Part shown: positions 9,191 through 20,195 of the stretch, piece by piece
Layout of the letters: each line of letters starts with the position of its first letter
Position numbering within the stretch: the stretch's first letter is position 1
Assembly (NCBI GenBank): GCA_963713045.1
Contig: CAVQKE010000007.1
Coordinates: 448,001-512,000 of the forward strand
Direction of reading: 5' to 3'
DNA length: 64,000 nucleotides
Origin: an uncultured delta proteobacterium
Lineage (GTDB): Bacteria > Myxococcota > Myxococcia > Myxococcales > Myxococcaceae
The notes under the pieces: model-generated
Told to the model about the DNA's origin: nothing
Database searches by the model: none
Seen by the model: the letters and a program-made list of their open reading frames with translations, nothing else
Made by a program: the position numbers and the translations under genes

Positions 9191-10975
9191 TCAAAGGGCG
9201 CAGCCCGCAGCGTCGCCGTGCAGCACTTGGGTACGGCCTGCAGGCGGGGCCACCAGCGGCTCCCCCCGACGACTGAGGTCCGCCGCCAAGGCGTCCCTCA
9301 GGTTGACCGGCCGCCGGTCGCCCAAGTCTCGCCGCTCGGAAGGCAGCGCTTCCATGAAGTGCTGGAGCCCGTCGCCACCCCGCGCGAGGTAATCCGGCAA
9401 GACCACCCGGTAGAGGCGTCCGTCCTGAAGCGCCGTCCCGTCTGAAAGCGACACACGGATGACTTGCAGCCCACTCGGGCAGGCAGCCACGGCGATCTTC
9501 AGCCCGGACTGCTGGGGCACCCGTCCGTGGTTGAGAATGGCGTTGAGGAGTGCCTTGAGCTCGGCCGCCGTCAGTTGGAGCGTGGCCACGGCGTTGTCAA
9601 AGGGAAACGTCTCGTAGAGGTGCCCATACGTCAGCGGGCCTGACACCAGGTCAGCCCGGAGCCCTCCCGAGTTGAGGAGCCCGACGTCCGCGCCCTCCAT
9701 GCGCCGCAGCGCATCGGCGGTCGCGCTGCCCAGGGGAGTTTCGCCGTTCCCCCCTCGGTGCAGCGTCACCGGCACTTCAATGCCCAGCGGCTGTGCTTGC
9801 ACTTGGGCCACCGCCGCCAGGGCCGGGGCGAGCCGCTGGACCATCGCGGCGTCGGGGTGCAGGGGCTGGCCGTGGAATGCCGCAGCGACCAGTGGCTTGC
9901 CCTTGGCAAGGACGCCCGCATCGCAGCGGTGCGTGCCCTCCACCACCTGCTCGCACAAGGCCACTTCGGCCTCGATGCGTGTCGCGGAAACAAGCGGCCG
10001 CCGGGTGCTTGGGTCCAACTCAAGGGTAATGAGGCCGAAGCTCCGTCCCAGGGCCGACGTTTCGATAACGGGAGTCCCGTTGACGAAGTGCCCCAGCGGG
10101 CGGTGTGTGTGGCCTGCCACCACGGCATCCACCGTCCCGCGGGGAAGCTGGTTGAGGAGAGCAAAAATCTCCTCGCCTGCATTGCATGTCGACACGTCGA
10201 GCGGGTTTCGCCAGTCCTCGCAGGAACCACCAGCGTGGGCCACCACCACCACCAGCTGGGCGCCTTGCTCCCGGAGGTGCGCCGCTTGCGTCTTGACCAC
10301 TGGGACCAGCGGCAGAAAGCGCAAGCCGGCAACGTTGATCGGGTTGGTGAGGTTGGGAGTGTCCACCGTTGTGAGGCCAATGATGCCCACTCGGATGCCG
10401 CCGACGTCGCGCATGGCCGTTCCTCGAAGCCAGGCGGGGGGCGCCCCGGTGGATGCCTCGACAATGTTTGCCGCGAGGAAGGGAAACCGTGCCTGGGCGA
10501 CGCGTGCCTTGAGAGCGCCCACCGGGTCATCTCCCGGCGCTGTTGGAACGGCCGCCGGTCCAACTGGGCCGTAGTCAAACTCGTGGTTGCCGACCGCGAC
10601 GGCATCCACGCCGAGGGCGTTGAAGGCGTCGACCATCACTGCCCCCTCGCTCAGGTTGGAGACCAGGGTGCCCTGGAAGACGTCCCCCGCATCCAACACC
10701 AGCAGTTGGCCACCGGTTTCCGCCCGCAGCTGTTTCAGCACCGATGCGTAGAGCGCCAATCCGCCCTCGTCCACGGTTGAGCCGTCGGGCATCCGGACCT
10801 GGTGTGGCTGCGCCCAGCCGTGCCAGTCGTTGGTGCCGACAATCGTCAGTCGTAGCGCTGGTGCAGGCCCCGGGGGCGTGACCGCGACGGTCGGAGCCCC
10901 ACAGGCCAGAAGTGAAGCGGCGACAAAGAGGCCTGCGACGCGAGAAGGCACCTGGGATGCGAGAAGCGTTACCAC
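9191..10975 (-). CDS. Bifunctional metallophosphatase/5'-nucleotidase lipoprotein
   Basis: LLAC lipobox, TNDWHG, LDAGD, GNHEFD, AGHTH, NSGGLR, PFDN, DYLARGGDG. Confidence 0.93.
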   Translation of the reverse strand: MVTLLASQVPSRVAGLFVAASLLACGAPTVAVTPPGPAPALRLTIVGTNDWHGWAQPHQVRMPDGSTVDEGGLALYASVLKQLRAETGGQLLVLDAGDVFQGTLVSNLSEGAVMVDAFNALGVDAVAVGNHEFDYGPVGPAAVPTAPGDDPVGALKARVAQARFPFLAANIVEASTGAPPAWLRGTAMRDVGGIRVGIIGLTTVDTPNLTNPINVAGLRFLPLVPVVKTQAAHLREQGAQLVVVVAHAGGSCEDWRNPLDVSTCNAGEEIFALLNQLPRGTVDAVVAGHTHRPLGHFVNGTPVIETSALGRSFGLITLELDPSTRRPLVSATRIEAEVALCEQVVEGTHRCDAGVLAKGKPLVAAAFHGQPLHPDAAMVQRLAPALAAVAQVQAQPLGIEVPVTLHRGGNGETPLGSATADALRRMEGADVGLLNSGGLRADLVSGPLTYGHLYETFPFDNAVATLQLTAAELKALLNAILNHGRVPQQSGLKIAVAACPSGLQVIRVSLSDGTALQDGRLYRVVLPDYLARGGDGLQHFMEALPSERRDLGDRRPVNLRDALAADLSRRGEPLVAPPAGRTQVLHGDAAGCAL

Positions 10976-10992
10976 GGCCCGCAGGCCGCCCG

Positions 10993-12186
10993 CTACCGGC
11001 GGCGGCGCCGTGCCAGGAGGGGAAGCAGCAAGGCAAGCAGCGCGGGTGCGCTCCCCGCCGTCGAACAGTTGCAGCTATTCGCGGTCCCGGTCAGCTGCCC
11101 GGGCCCTGGTGGGATGATGGGAATGGTGGGAATGCCACCGGCGTCGAATCCTCCCGATGAACCTCCATCGACGTTGGGAAAGAGATTCTGCTCCACAAAA
11201 TGCAGCCAGGGGTTGGGGCCCGCATCGAACGTGGAAAAGGCGTCTTCCGTCACCAGGGTGAGTGTCGTTGACGAACCCGCCGACGCGGCGGAGACGGGGA
11301 AGGTTTGTCTCCCGGACGTAGCCTTGACGGAAGCTTGGCCGAGGACGATGCCGCTCGCGGTCGTCGTCCCGCCATCATTGGACAGCGCGTACACACCCCC
11401 CGCCCCAGCGCCCGCGAGGATGTAGGGTTGAGTCCAGGAAATGACTTCCACGTCGGTGTACCCCCCGTCGTTGAGGTCCGAGTAAAGGGTCAGTGTGCCA
11501 CCGGCGCTGACGTAGGTTTTGGGGACAGTCCAAATGTTCGAGTTGCCGTCGCTGATGTAGAGATAGCCCTCGGGGTAGGGAGCGTCATCCGGGCTCAGTC
11601 CCAACACTTGGCCGGTTGCGAGGGACCTGAAGAGCGGCACGCCCATCGGAGTCAACCCGGTGCCGCTGCCATTGGGGATGAAGTCCTGTTCGTAGAGGGT
11701 CGCCGGGGTCCCTCCGGTCGCGAAGTAGACGCGAAGTGTCGGCGGCGTGGTCGTGGTCGCGTCGACGGCCATCGCTGTCGGGACGAGGGCACCGCTCGTC
11801 AGGGCCGGGGTCTGAGCAACAAACCCGCCGCTTGCGGTCCAAAGAAACGCGTCAACGCACGGCGACAGCGAGCAAGCGGCGCCGAGGTCGGCAGCAAAGA
11901 CGAGGGTGGTCGGTGAAGTGCCGAGCGTGTACTGGTCAGCAACCGCGAATGTCGAGAATTGCCCGGGCTGGTTGTTGGTGAAGGCGCCAGACATGCCGAA
12001 GACTTCCAGGTCTTGACCGGCATTGGCCATTCCAAATTCCGCACCACCGGAGGTCACAACGTAAGCGGTCGTCAAGCCGGTGCCGCCATCCAGCGCCACG
12101 CTCGTGGTTGCCTGAACTACTGCTTGGGCACCCGCCGACGTGGCCCACAGCCCGCAAAGAAGAGGAAGCAGTCGACGTACCGTCAT
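10993..12186 (-). CDS. Secreted beta-rich protein with MYXO-CTERM sorting signal (possibly divergent phytase-like beta-propeller)
   Basis: Signal peptide (ATSAGAQA); C-terminal NSCNCSTAGSAPALLALLLPLLARRRRR (Cys motif, TM helix, Arg tail). Confidence 0.75.
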   Translation of the reverse strand: MTVRRLLPLLCGLWATSAGAQAVVQATTSVALDGGTGLTTAYVVTSGGAEFGMANAGQDLEVFGMSGAFTNNQPGQFSTFAVADQYTLGTSPTTLVFAADLGAACSLSPCVDAFLWTASGGFVAQTPALTSGALVPTAMAVDATTTTPPTLRVYFATGGTPATLYEQDFIPNGSGTGLTPMGVPLFRSLATGQVLGLSPDDAPYPEGYLYISDGNSNIWTVPKTYVSAGGTLTLYSDLNDGGYTDVEVISWTQPYILAGAGAGGVYALSNDGGTTTASGIVLGQASVKATSGRQTFPVSAASAGSSTTLTLVTEDAFSTFDAGPNPWLHFVEQNLFPNVDGGSSGGFDAGGIPTIPIIPPGPGQLTGTANSCNCSTAGSAPALLALLLPLLARRRRR

Positions 12187-12288
12187 CGGTCACAGGCTAC
12201 CAGTGGCTCCGGACCCCTCCAAATTGCCGTCGCCCGGGTTGCCAGACACACGGCCAACGCCATCTGCCCACACCCCCTCCAGCAGAGG

Positions 12289-13380
12289 CTACCGGCCGGA
12301 GACCGCCCGGTAGACCTCGTCGAGGTGCTCAGCCACATGGGCCCATCGAAAGCGTGCCGCGTGCCGCCGACCTGCCTCGGCGCGGGCTTGCCTCTCGTCG
12401 GGAGATTCGAGGAGGCGCCGGAGCACGTTCGCCAGCCCCCCCGCGTCGTCAGGGCTGACCTGGACGGCTGCTGTGCCACACACCTCCGGCAAGGCCCCGG
12501 CCGTGCTCACCACCGCCGGCGTGCCCAACGCCATCGCCTCGAGAGGGGGAAGTCCAAAGCCCTCGCCACGCGACGGGAAGACGAAGACGGTCGCGCGCTG
12601 CAGGAGGGCATGCAGCAACGGCTCCGGCTGAAACCCCAAGAGGCGAATGTCATAGCCGGTCTTGCGCATGTCGCGAATGCGCCGCTCGACCGGGCCTGAG
12701 CCGTACCAGCGTTGCCCGACCAAAAGGAATGGCACCGTTCGCCAGGGGCGTAGCCGCTCCAGCGCGTCGAGGACCAGACCAACATTCTTCCGTGCGTCGA
12801 GTGCGCCGACGTAGAGGAGGAACTCTGCCGGCAGCCCCAACGTCTCGAGAAAGGCGCGGCTGGTGGCGTCAAGCACCGGGGCACGCACGTGGTCGACGCC
12901 CAGGTGCGCGACGCTAACCTGCGCCTCGCCGAACCAGTCGAAGCGGGCTAGAAGCGCCTCGCGCGTCGTGGCGCTGTCGCACACGACATGGTCGACGACG
13001 CGGAGACTGCGTTCGAGCCAGAGGCGAAACTGCCAACGAAACCTTAAGGACACCGTCTCCGGAAGTTCGAGCGGAATGAGGTCGTGAACGGTCAGGACGT
13101 AGGCCGTCCCAGGAAACCGCCGCAGTGGCAAATTGAAGTTGGCGACGGCGTGAAACACCGGCGGCCGAAGCTTCGCCAACGTGCGCGGCAGCTCGGCCAA
13201 GGTGTAGAGGCTGTAGCCCTTCAGTCGACGCGGGTATTCGCCCGAGGTGCGCGCCCCAAGTCTCACCACTGGCACGCCGCGCTTCCCCAGCGCCTCAGCG
13301 ACCTGCCGAGTGTACAGTCCGATGCCGGTGGTGGGTTCGTCCCAGAGCGTTGCGTCCAAGGCAACCGTGGGGGGTGTCAC
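12289..13380 (-). CDS. Glycosyltransferase family 4 (GT-B)
   Basis: TGIGLY, VLTVHDLIP, YVGALDARKN, FPSRGEGFGLPPLEAMALG; GTG start overlaps upstream stop (GTGA). Confidence 0.92.
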   Translation of the reverse strand: MTPPTVALDATLWDEPTTGIGLYTRQVAEALGKRGVPVVRLGARTSGEYPRRLKGYSLYTLAELPRTLAKLRPPVFHAVANFNLPLRRFPGTAYVLTVHDLIPLELPETVSLRFRWQFRLWLERSLRVVDHVVCDSATTREALLARFDWFGEAQVSVAHLGVDHVRAPVLDATSRAFLETLGLPAEFLLYVGALDARKNVGLVLDALERLRPWRTVPFLLVGQRWYGSGPVERRIRDMRKTGYDIRLLGFQPEPLLHALLQRATVFVFPSRGEGFGLPPLEAMALGTPAVVSTAGALPEVCGTAAVQVSPDDAGGLANVLRRLLESPDERQARAEAGRRHAARFRWAHVAEHLDEVYRAVSGR

Positions 13381-15654
13381 GCCCAAGGCCACACCACCCG
13401 CGGTGGCCACGCAGGACGCGGAACAAAGGAGTCCAACGCGAGGTTGGGGTTGTAGTACGGGTCACGCTCGATGAGCGCCGCCCAGCGCTTTCTCATCACC
13501 GCGTCTTCCTGCAAATAGCGTCGGCGGTCTGCTCGACCCTCGTCATCTCCGCGCGAAGCGGACTCTTGGTGGTAAAGCTCTGCGTAAGGAGTCCAGAGGT
13601 TGCGGTAGCCCGCGCGCAGCAGCTTGAAGCAGAGGTCGATGTCGTTGAAGGCAACTGAAAGTTCAGTCTCGTCGAGGCCGCCAACCTCGAGGAAACGGTC
13701 CCGTCGTAGCACCATACAGGCGGCTGTGACCGCCGCCACCTCACGCGTTGTTTTGAGCTGAAGCAAATAGCCGGGCGACTGTCGCTTCTCACGTAGGTAG
13801 GCGTGCGATGCGACTCCGAAGAGTCCCGCAGACCATTCCGGCGTGCTGGATGGTGTTGTTGGGGTACAGAAGTTTCGCCCCCACCGCCCCGATGCCAGGT
13901 TGAAGCGCCAGGCCAACCATCTCCGTGAGCCAACCCGGGTCAATCGCTTCGACGTCGTTGTTGAGAAGGCACAGCAACGCGCCGTGGGCTTCGCGCGCCG
14001 CAAGGTTGTTCATCGCCGAGTAGTTGAAGGGGTGTGGATAGCGCAACACCCGCGCGACATCGTCCGCCTCTAGCGCCGCAAGAAAGCCGACGGCGCCGCG
14101 TTCGCGGCTGTCATTGTCGACCACCAAGAGTTCTAAGGGACGGTAGGTCGTCACCTCCCGTACGCTTTGGACGCAGCGCTTGAGGAGGCGGAGATTGTCT
14201 CGCGTGGGAATCACCACGGTGACGAGCGGCTGTGGACTCGGGACGGCATAGCGGATGCGGTACGTCCCGAGCTGCGTGCCTGGCTCTGCGGTGGCCGCCG
14301 TACGCACCCGGTCGAGACTCGCTTGTATGACCCTGACGCCTTCGCGTACCTCGGCGGCTGTCGGCGCTGGCTCAGGAGGCGAGTGCAGGAGAACAGCCGG
14401 CACATGGGAGATGCGTTCTACCGGAAGGTCGCTCGTATACCGGAGGAGCAATTCGTGGTGAGAAACCTCTCCATCACGGCTGCGCCATCCGCCCAAGGCG
14501 CGCACGCCTTCGGTGAGAAAAAACGCTGCCCGTCCGATGTAGTCCTGTGCTTGGAGCCAAGCTGGACTCCAGTCCGGCTTGAAAGACGGGGCTGCGGAGT
14601 CGGTGGCGTCGCCCGAGTCTGAGTCCGCGTAGAGCAGAGCGAGGTTCGGCACCCGGTTAAACTCCTCGGCGACGACGAAGAGCGCCTGGGGGGCCAACGC
14701 ATCCCCGGGCACGAGGCGCGCGACGACTTCACCACGGGCAGTTGCCAGCGGGTCCATCCCCGAGGCCCAGCGAATCTGCGACGCAACGACGCTCCGTGCG
14801 AACACGCTGCGGAGTTCGTCCGAGATGGTTTCCTCGGCGACGCAGAGTTCCCAGTTGGGATAGACCTGATGCTCCAACGCCTCCACCGTGCGTCGAAGCC
14901 GAGCCTCGGAGACTTGGTCGGAGGTGAGTAGAAGTGAAATCGTCGGACGGAACCTAAAGGCTTCGAGCCTCGCACGTAGCTGGTTGAGCTGCGCTTCGCT
15001 GAGCGCTCCATAGCGCCTGGCCCAACCCGCGTAGCCCTCGTCGAGCAGCTGCTCTTGGGTGCCTCGGCGCAGCCGGTCGACGACGCCGCGCGTCCCGCGC
15101 TGGCGAAGCAGTCGAATGGCCCGCCCCAGAAGCAACGCGAATCGGGCCGGTTCACGCAGCAGACGTCGCACCTGCGGGACAGCGTGCGCAACCATGGCTG
15201 CGACCGCCGTCAACTCAATCGCGCCCAGGGCACCCAAGCGGAATGTCGTCATCGAGCCGGGATGAAGTCCCAGCGCAACTGTGTCTTCCGGCAACGTCAC
15301 CAGCGCTGCGATGACGCCGGCTTCAGGCGCTGGGAGAGGAACCTGTTTCGCTTGAGCGAAGCCGGCACCGGTGTCGAGGAGCAAGGTGAAAGGCGATGGT
15401 GACTCGGTGGTCGAGACTTGCATCTCGAACCGAACGTCACCGATTGGGGCGCGTTGGTCTTTCTCCAGGACCAGCCCAATCAGCGGACGGGGGCCGCTGA
15501 CCTGCCAGCTGCCGTCCAGGAGTCGTTTCACGTCCTGACGAGCTCTCGGCTCGAAGCGGCAGACGCGCCCAGTCAACCAGCTCGTCCGGCCGTCCTTAGA
15601 CCCGCGCGGTCCTCCAGGGTCGACTTCACGCTCGTCTCGAATTCTGCTTCGCAT
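13377..15654 (-). CDS. Double-domain GT2 glycosyltransferase (O-antigen/rhamnosyltransferase-like), one frameshift at ~13826
   Basis: ORF 13789-15654 (PSFKPDWSP, VVIPTRD, VDNDS, FNYSAMNN, LLNND, IQHAG) continues in ORF 13377-14003 (AVTAACM, GGLDE, AFNDIDLC, HQESASRG, DPYYNPNL). Confidence 0.88.
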
Positions 15655-15801
15655 CTCTCTTTGGGAGTCGTCCGACCTGGAGGGAACAAGGTTTTCACGC
15701 TGAAGAGAGGCCTCCTCGGCTGAATAGGAAGGCGCCTCTCGTGCAACTCATTTACCTCCAGGTGCATCGGTGCATTGTTTCCCGTATGAAGCCGGGCATC
15801 G

Positions 15802-16581
15802 ATGATTCAAAACCTCCGAGAACTTTGGCAGTACCGCGCGCTGCTTTGGAACCTGACTCAGCGCGAGCTGAAGGCTCGCTACCGGGGCTCGGCGCTCGGG
15901 TTCCTGTGGACCTTTCTCAATCCAATGCTCCTGATGGCGGTCTATGGGTTGGTGTTTGGCGTCATCACGCGCAATAAAATCGAGCACTACACCTACTATG
16001 TTTTCATCGGCCTTCTGCCCTGGATTTGGTTCTCGTCTAGCGTGGGTACTGGGGCAAGCGCCATCAGCGATCGCCGCGACCTCCTCACCAAAGTCCGCTT
16101 CCCGGCCCAGGTCCTTCCAGCGACGGTGGTGGCGACCAATCTCGCAAATTACCTCCTCACGATGCCGTTGATCTTCGTGCTCGGTGGCCTGGTAGGAGTT
16201 TGGCCGACGTGGCACGTGGTGATGTTGCCGGCGGTGCTCTTCGTTCAGCTGGTCTTCACCCTCGGCGTGTCGTTCCTGGTGTCAGCACTGAATGTTGCGT
16301 TTCGAGACCTGCAGCAGATTATGACCAATTTCCTGACGCTCTGGTTTTTCGTTACCCCAATACTTTACCGACCGGACGATGTTCCGGAGTCCTTCCGTAG
16401 GTTCTATCTGATCGCCAACCCCATGTCGGTGATTATCACCTCCTACCAATACATCTTCTATGAGCACCGGCTTCCTCATTGGCGCGCGCTCACAGGGGTG
16501 ATGCTCGGCTCCATCCTACTTCTCTGGCTTGCGTCCCGCGTCTTCGAGCAACGCCGGGAAGAGTTTGCGGAATTGGTCTGA
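15802..16581 (+). CDS. wzm: Polysaccharide ABC exporter permease
   Basis: RELKARYRGSALGFLWTFLNP, FRDLQQI, TPILY, NPM. Confidence 0.93.
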   Translation: MIQNLRELWQYRALLWNLTQRELKARYRGSALGFLWTFLNPMLLMAVYGLVFGVITRNKIEHYTYYVFIGLLPWIWFSSSVGTGASAISDRRDLLTKVRFPAQVLPATVVATNLANYLLTMPLIFVLGGLVGVWPTWHVVMLPAVLFVQLVFTLGVSFLVSALNVAFRDLQQIMTNFLTLWFFVTPILYRPDDVPESFRRFYLIANPMSVIITSYQYIFYEHRLPHWRALTGVMLGSILLLWLASRVFEQRREEFAELV

Positions 16582-16585
16582 AACG

Positions 16586-17872
16586 ATGGATGCGATTGTC
16601 CTTCGGAACGTCAGCAAGGAGTTCCGCAAGCAAACTGTGCGACGGGAGTACACGACGCTGAAGTCCGAGCTGGTCGCTTTTCTTAAGCGCACCCCGGAGG
16701 TTCAGGAGCCCATTGCGGTCACAACAGCCCTTCGTGACGTCTCATTGACTGTCCCCCGGGGACGAACGGTTGGGTTGGTGGGTCGAAATGGGTCGGGCAA
16801 GAGCACTCTTCTGAAGCTGGTAACAGGAATCTATCGGCCGACCAAGGGCAGCGTCGAAGTCAACGGTCGAATCTCTGCGCTCCTCGAGCTCGGGGCCGGG
16901 TTCCACCCGGACTTCACCGGGCGCGAGAACATCGTCGTCAATGCCATCATTCTCGGCATGTCGCGTCGGGAGATCCGGCAGCGGATGGAGGAGATCGTCG
17001 CGTTCAGCGAACTTGGGGACTTCATCGATCAGCCGGTGCGCACCTACTCGAGCGGAATGTACGCTCGGCTGGCGTTCAGCGTCGCCACGCATGTCGACCC
17101 GGAACTTCTTATCATCGACGAGATTCTATCCGTCGGGGATGAGCACTTTTCGCGCAAGAGCACAGCGAAGATGACTGAGTTTCGTCGGGCCGGGAAGACC
17201 ATCCTCCTGGTGACCCACGACATGGAAACCCTTCAACGCCGCTGCGACGAGGCCGCATGGCTCGACGCGGGCACCCTGAAGGCCTATGGGGACCCAGCCT
17301 TTGTAGTTTCCGAATACCGGAAGGCAGTGGCCGAAGCTGAGGTTCAGGCCGAGATGACGCCCGGCGCAGTTCAGCCGGCGCAACTGCATCCTCAGGGTCG
17401 CCAGCCGCGCCGAGGGCCGCCCGCTGAAGCTGGCCGCCGTTGGGGCACCTTCGAAGCGGAAGTGGCGGCCGTACGCGTGCAAATGTCAGACGGCGTCGAA
17501 CACGCCGTTTTTGACGCAGAGGATGCCCTCGAGACGGTGATCGACGTTGAAGCCGACCCATCGCTTTCCGGGCTGGGCGTGGAGGTATCGCTCGTCTCCC
17601 AGGATGGAACCCTACTCTGGCGCGACAGCCACGCCATCGCCTCCGCCCCCGCGGCTACGGCGAGGCTGAATTTGAGTCGCCTTGGCCTCGCCGACGGTAA
17701 CTACCGCCTCGACGTCGCTGTCTTCGCTGAATCCGGACGGGTGTGCTGTGATTTTCAAAAGGGCTTGCACGGCTTCGCAATTCGGAGTGCCAAGCCCAGC
17801 TCCGGCCTGTTGAAGCCGGTACACCATTGGACCGTTCACCCCGAGTTGGAGGAGCCGGGTCAGGGCCTGTAG
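16586..17872 (+). CDS. wzt: Polysaccharide ABC exporter ATPase with C-terminal Wzt_C carbohydrate-binding domain
   Basis: GRNGSGKST, LLELGAGFHPDFTGREN, YSSGMYARLAF, IDEILSVGD; ~140 aa beta-rich C-terminal extension (RRWG...GNYRLDVAV). Confidence 0.93.
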   Translation: MDAIVLRNVSKEFRKQTVRREYTTLKSELVAFLKRTPEVQEPIAVTTALRDVSLTVPRGRTVGLVGRNGSGKSTLLKLVTGIYRPTKGSVEVNGRISALLELGAGFHPDFTGRENIVVNAIILGMSRREIRQRMEEIVAFSELGDFIDQPVRTYSSGMYARLAFSVATHVDPELLIIDEILSVGDEHFSRKSTAKMTEFRRAGKTILLVTHDMETLQRRCDEAAWLDAGTLKAYGDPAFVVSEYRKAVAEAEVQAEMTPGAVQPAQLHPQGRQPRRGPPAEAGRRWGTFEAEVAAVRVQMSDGVEHAVFDAEDALETVIDVEADPSLSGLGVEVSLVSQDGTLLWRDSHAIASAPAATARLNLSRLGLADGNYRLDVAVFAESGRVCCDFQKGLHGFAIRSAKPSSGLLKPVHHWTVHPELEEPGQGL

Positions 17873-18411
17873 AGCGGCAGTACTGGTGCCTCGGCAAGAA
17901 GCGGCGCCCCAGCGTCCTTAGCAGACAGGATGGGAGCCCTGACAGGCCAGTGGATATTTAGAGCGGGGTCGTCCCATCGGAGACCGCGCTCCGACTCGGG
18001 CGAGTACGGGGCAGTGCATTTGTAAAAGAAGTCTGCGCTGTCCGTCAGGACGCAGAAGCCGTGTGCGAAGCCGGGCGGTATCCACAGCTGCCGGTGATTG
18101 TCAGCGCTCAGTTCCATGCCTACCCAACGACCGAATTGCGGCGAACCCCGGCGGACGTCGACCGCCACGTCCCAGACTGCACCGTTGAGCACCTGAACCA
18201 GCTTCCCCTGAGCGCCGGGCTCCTGGAAGTGCAGGCCGCGCAGTGTGTCCTGTACGGATCGCGACAGGTTGTCCTGGACGAAGGCATCGCGAATGCCGAC
18301 CCCAGCGTACCGGTCTGCATGAAAAGATTCGAAGAAGAAGCCTCGCGAATCGCCGAAGACCCGGGGTTCGATGAGCAGAACGCTTGGAAGTTCAGTGGGT
18401 GTTACCTTCAC
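17860..18411 (-). CDS. rfbC: dTDP-4-dehydrorhamnose 3,5-epimerase
   Basis: [43 protein letters not shown]. Confidence 0.97.
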   Translation of the reverse strand: MKVTPTELPSVLLIEPRVFGDSRGFFFESFHADRYAGVGIRDAFVQDNLSRSVQDTLRGLHFQEPGAQGKLVQVLNGAVWDVAVDVRRGSPQFGRWVGMELSADNHRQLWIPPGFAHGFCVLTDSADFFYKCTAPYSPESERGLRWDDPALNIHWPVRAPILSAKDAGAPLLAEAPVLPLYRP

Positions 18412-19289
18412 CTTCGAGCCCCTCCAGTGCGAAGCAGCTCAAGCAAATACTGGCCGTAACTATTGTTTTGCATCGGCCGCGCCAGCTCGGCGAGGCGCGA
18501 ACTGTCGATGTAGCCCATACGAAAGGCAATTTCCTCTAGGCACGCAACCTTCAGTCCTTGCCGACGCTCGACGATTTCGATGAAACTCGACGCACTCTGG
18601 AGCGCGTCGTGGGTGCCGGTGTCAAGCCAAGCGTAACCGCGGCCAAGAAGTTCGACCGTCAGCTGGCGGCGGTCGAGGTAGGCCAGGTTGACGTCGGTAA
18701 TTTCCAGTTCGCCGCGGGCGGAGGGCTTCAGCGCTGCGGCGATGTCCAGCACCTGGTTGTCGTAGAAGTAGAGCCCGGTGACGGCGTAGTTGCTCTTGGG
18801 ATGACTAGGCTTCTCCTCTAACGAAAGTGCCTCATTCCCAGGACCGAGTTCCACGACGCCGTAACGCTCCGGGTCACTGACGTAATAGCCGAATACAGTC
18901 GCTCCCTGCGCCCGGCCGGTTGCTCGCTGGAGACGCTCGCTCAGGCCGTCTCCGTAGAAGATGTTGTCACCCAGGATGAGGGCCACCCGGTCGGTGCCGA
19001 CGAAGACACGACCGATGAGAAAGGCCTGGGCTAGACCATCCGGGCGCGGCTGTGGGGCGTAGGAGAGCTGCATCCCCCATTGCTCTCCAGTTCCAAGAAG
19101 CTCCTCGAAGCGAGGTAGGTCTTGGGGAGTCGAGATAATCAAAATCTCCCGAATGCCTGCCAGCATCAGCGTGCTCAAGGGATAATAAATCATCGGCTTG
19201 TCGTAGACTGCGAGCAGCTGTTTGCTCACAACACGAGTGAGTGGGTAGAGCCGAGTGCCGGAGCCACCAGCGAGAATGATTCCTTTCAT
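18408..19289 (-). CDS. rfbA: Glucose-1-phosphate thymidylyltransferase
   Basis: [47 protein letters not shown]. Confidence 0.98.
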   Translation of the reverse strand: MKGIILAGGSGTRLYPLTRVVSKQLLAVYDKPMIYYPLSTLMLAGIREILIISTPQDLPRFEELLGTGEQWGMQLSYAPQPRPDGLAQAFLIGRVFVGTDRVALILGDNIFYGDGLSERLQRATGRAQGATVFGYYVSDPERYGVVELGPGNEALSLEEKPSHPKSNYAVTGLYFYDNQVLDIAAALKPSARGELEITDVNLAYLDRRQLTVELLGRGYAWLDTGTHDALQSASSFIEIVERRQGLKVACLEEIAFRMGYIDSSRLAELARPMQNNSYGQYLLELLRTGGARR

Positions 19290-20188
19290 CAGGTGGCTCC
19301 CTGGTCTGCCTCAACCTCGCGATGAAAACGGGCAAGCGCCGCTGACAAGTCGAGTGGCTGGTTTGCGAGTTGTGCTGTTGCCTTTGCGACAAGGAGGCCG
19401 CCTCGTTGAGGGCGCGGGCTCTTGAGCTTCGCCTCCGAGAGCTTTGAAGGAACGATCGACCTGGCGTCGAGTCCGAACTCAGCGCAAAGCGCTCGACCAA
19501 ACTGCAGGCGATTCACGACCGCCGCTCCGGAGACATTCCAAATCCCCTGATGCCGGTTCTCGGCTAACTCAACAAGCTGGTCGGCGACACTTGAAGCAAG
19601 GCTGGGCGAGACCGACTGATCCTCGAACAACCGAATCGGTTCACCTTTTCGAAGTGCGCCCAGAAGCCAACTGCCGAAGTTGGGCCGCCCCGCTGGCGGC
19701 CAACCGTAGACTACTGCGGTACGAGCAATGGTCCACGACCGGGCCAGTGCGCGCACGCCTTGCTCCCCGATGTGCTTGGTCAGCGCATAGACGCCGCGCG
19801 GGTTCGGAATGTCGTCTTCCGTATAGGGCCCCGCCTCGCCGTCGAAGACGTAATCTGTGGAGACATGGACGAGGTGCGCTCCGACGTCGGAACAGCAACT
19901 CGCTAGCACCCCCGGCGCAACGCCGTTGACCTTGAAGGCTTCGGAAGCAGCCGTTTCGCAGCCGTCGACATCGGTCATCGAACCAGGATTAATCACAATC
20001 TCCGGGTTTGCCGCTTTGACGGTCGCCACCAGCGCGGATTCGTCGGTGAGATCGACCGACCGGTAATCCCCTGCCGCTAGGCGCCGCGGCCCACGACCAA
20101 GGGCAACAACGGTGTGGCCACGTGCACCGAGGCGCGCGACAACCCGACTTCCGATTAGGCCGTTGGCTCCAGTGACCAGGATGTGCAT
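19289..20188 (-). CDS. rfbD: dTDP-4-dehydrorhamnose reductase
   Basis: [33 protein letters not shown]. Confidence 0.92.
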   Translation of the reverse strand: MHILVTGANGLIGSRVVARLGARGHTVVALGRGPRRLAAGDYRSVDLTDESALVATVKAANPEIVINPGSMTDVDGCETAASEAFKVNGVAPGVLASCCSDVGAHLVHVSTDYVFDGEAGPYTEDDIPNPRGVYALTKHIGEQGVRALARSWTIARTAVVYGWPPAGRPNFGSWLLGALRKGEPIRLFEDQSVSPSLASSVADQLVELAENRHQGIWNVSGAAVVNRLQFGRALCAEFGLDARSIVPSKLSEAKLKSPRPQRGGLLVAKATAQLANQPLDLSAALARFHREVEADQGAT

Positions 20189-20195
20189 CGCAGGG

